Assembly (NCBI GenBank): GCA_028534125.1
Contig: CM052838.1
Location: 63,488,001 to 63,552,000, forward strand
Direction: 5' to 3'
DNA length: 64,000 bases
Origin: Lama glama
Lineage: Eukaryota
Below, in pieces: positions 61,391 to 64,000 of this stretch. The notes under the pieces are model-generated. The model saw nothing but the letters and a program-made list of their open reading frames with translations. It was not told the origin of the DNA and ran no database searches. A program made the translations under genes and the position numbers. Position 1 is the first letter of the stretch, and each line of letters begins with the position of its first letter.

Positions 61391-63229
61391 TTGAGCCTCT
61401 TGAGTGTATAAAGACAGTGGGAACTGACTCGGAAGGAAAAAGGAAAATGAACTCTTAGGACTTTGGTTAATTTTTGAGAAGAAACAAATGGCAGTTTGTC
61501 AAGTCCTCAGACTGTTTTCAAAAAGTGACAGGGTTGTTCTTGGCGTTCCCCTGGAATCCCGCCTCCTTCTTCACACCGGAGAAGTCTTTGCCCCAAGTCC
61601 AGCTGCTTCCCCCAGACGATAATAACCTATTTAACCCCTGCCCCCTCGCAGTGGAAGGTGAGACCGCTGGACAGTAGCTATCGAAATTTTTGGCAATGGA
61701 AGGAAAAAAATTTTTTTAATTTGAGCAACAGATGGACAATTGCATATTTCATTGCGGTTGGCAGCTTGCCTTTTCTTAAAAAGGCATTCGCGAGCCTGCC
61801 AATGGGGGCCTCAGGTGCTCCTGGCTGGTTCTCACTAACCAGGGTGGGCAAGGGTCCAAGGCATCCTCGGTGCTGTGCCCTGCTGGCATCTTCAAGGTCT
61901 CTGCAGCCTGAGGATCCTGACTGGCTCTCAGCCAGGTGACTGGTTTGTGCAGTGAATCAAAGTCACTGACCATTTCTGGGAGCAGAGATGGTGCCTGCAG
62001 CCTCCACGGAAGCCCCGGCAGGTCAGTGCTCTCTCCCGAGGAAGGCGTGGCCCGTATTTTCCAGCGATCCCCTGATCCCACCTGTGTTCAGGCTTAGAGG
62101 CAATCAAGGCAAAAACAAGGACCAGCTCTCCACAAATGTGTCCATGCACACAGCATACACCCTGCCAACCATTTAGGAAATTTGGAGGTCGTGAGGTTGG
62201 GAGGCAGTGAGCTAGTGGGTGTAAAACACTACGCTAGACCTGAAAGCAGCCCTGGACAACGTGGAACACACTTGTTCACTTACAGGATGGAGAAGTGGAG
62301 AACTTAAGTCATACCCAGAATCTGTAGTGCTGCGGAGTCAGCACCCGGCCCCACGGGCAAACCCTCCCTTCCTAACATCAGGGGACCCTGGGCATCTTTT
62401 TATCTGACTCCCCAGACAGAATGAGTGGACCCGCAGCATCCCGGTGACACCACTGCTCTGCTGCCAGTAGCGTGTCCCCGCGTCTGTGCAGTAAGTCATC
62501 TCCACCAGCAGCCTGGGGCGGAGGACAGATAGATCTCGCCAGGTTTGCGTCCCAGAGCCTAGCATCTAATCGCATTCATAAAAATTCACTGAGACATTCC
62601 AACAGCGTGCTAGCATTGATGTTTCTCTCTGCATTGGCATGAAATGCAACCAAGGATGTTTACGAAAGACGTTCAGAGAATTCCAGAAATGCTCCTCACA
62701 GAAACGTAAGCTAAACCTTTCAAATTTCAGACAGAATCCCCCTGGTTGAAATCAGTCACTCCGTCTGCTCAATGCTGATGACGCACAGACAAAACTCACA
62801 GAGATCAATCTGGGCTGTGAGCCAGAGAGACAGAAGTCCCCTCCGGTGGCCACGCCCTCACTGGCCAACGAGGAAGGCGCCCGGGCAGCCCCGCTGTGGA
62901 CAGGGCCCTTCTCGTTCTGCCAAGGGCACCGTTAATCCTTCCCACTCAGAAGCCACTCCTGCTCCACTTTCTCCCCTTTGGGGTTCGCTCAGGAACCAAA
63001 AGAACAAGTGGGCTTCCGGAATGAGAACGTAACAGGTATGCGACACGGGGCACGCCGGAGCTCGGAGGAACACCTCTTGACCCGGATCTGAGGGAGACAG
63101 GACAGGGATCTCAAGGCTCCCGTCTCTGACTGCCTTCTCGTCAGCCGTTTAGTCTTCACCTCTGCCACCACCAGAAGCCCGACTCCTCTCTCCCCGGGGC
63201 AGCGCTGGCTTTCAGTGCCGAGCACCTCG

Positions 63230-63540
63230 AGGCGCTGGGGGTGACGGGGAGAGAATGGCCCTCAGCTCCTGGAGCGAGCAGCAGCCGCAGAGCATCGGTC
63301 TCCGGACCCGCTTTGATCGCTCCCTTTGCGCAGCTGTTACAGGTGCCACTTCAGCACGTAACTCGAACATGCCGTCTGTGAAACGGCGCATCAGGCGGAC
63401 TACGACCGACCGCGAACGCTCACCCAGCGCCACACCGTGGGTGACGGGCGCGCGGAACCGTCTCCGCACGCTCCCCTCCTCTGCGTTCGCGCTCCTCGCT
63501 GCCTCGGAACAACGCGAATTTAACATCTAGGATGCCGTAG
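63230..63540. promoter_or_regulatory. Short, extremely CpG-dense island
   Basis: About 36 CpGs counted by hand in 63241-63540, giving an observed/expected ratio near or above 1. Confidence 0.55.
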
Positions 63541-64000
63541 AGAAGTCGTTCTTGAAATCAAGTAGTTTTGAGGAAGAAATATTAAGAGAAGGATAAACAG
63601 GCAATTCAAGATAGTTGGGCAGCAGGAGAGAGGAAGCAAGGGGTGGGGATACTGTCCAAAGTGTCGTCGTCCAAACGGGGCCCCCCGCTGGCGAGCCAAA
63701 GGGACAGGATTAGTAACTATGTCTGGACCACAGGGAAAACCCGGACAGCCCCACTGAGGATGAGAGAGGCACGCAGGGGCTGAGCCATTGTCGCTGGTCT
63801 GGAGCGCCAGGTCTGCAGGCGGTGATGGGTTTACGGGTGTTCACTGCTATGAACACCTACATACATAAAATAGGGCCACACGTGCTCAGGTGTGAGAGTG
63901 GCACAAACCAGGGACCATCACTGAACAAACTCCGAGCACCAGCGCTCCATTTACAAAATCAGCACTCTTGCTAATGAACCAGCTAAAGATGGGGCATGTG

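Noticed and set aside
1-64000. A novel multi-gene system (prokaryote-style operon, CRISPR or defence locus, endogenous viral genes)
   Set aside because: The sequence is mammalian non-coding DNA. I found no gene-dense segment, no spacer-repeat array, and no gag/pol/env or other viral ORF, only solo LTRs.

Overview
Mammalian non-coding DNA, intergenic or deep intronic. It is most likely from a camelid, based on two tRNA-derived SINEs of the vic-1 type, cetartiodactyl-type young L1 3' ends, and no recognisable ruminant, pig, primate or carnivore SINEs. I find no supportable protein-coding gene, RNA gene or CRISPR array. The listed ORFs are explained by decayed L1/L2/LTR sequence, simple repeats, GC-rich DNA or N-runs. 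Roughly a third of the window is recognisable old transposon sequence (L1, HAL1-like, L2, MIR, MLT1/MLT2 LTRs, hAT MITEs), and there are seven assembly gaps. The most informative signals are: (i) long transposon-poor stretches (about 11.2-20.9, 21.2-28.0 and 34.4-40.6 kb) with CpG-island-like patches and dense homeodomain/PBX-HOX/MEIS/GATA/SOX motifs, resembling the enhancer landscape of a developmental regulator outside the window; (ii) a candidate 24-nt frame-preserving microexon and a UGCAUG-rich repeat, both on the + strand; (iii) local AT-to-GC shifts in old LTRs that suggest GC-biased gene conversion; (iv) a 500-N gap whose flanks share 23 bp, probably a false gap. I could not identify the locus and see no convincing new biological system. 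Repeat family names come from recalled consensus sequences, not from a search, and boundaries are approximate.
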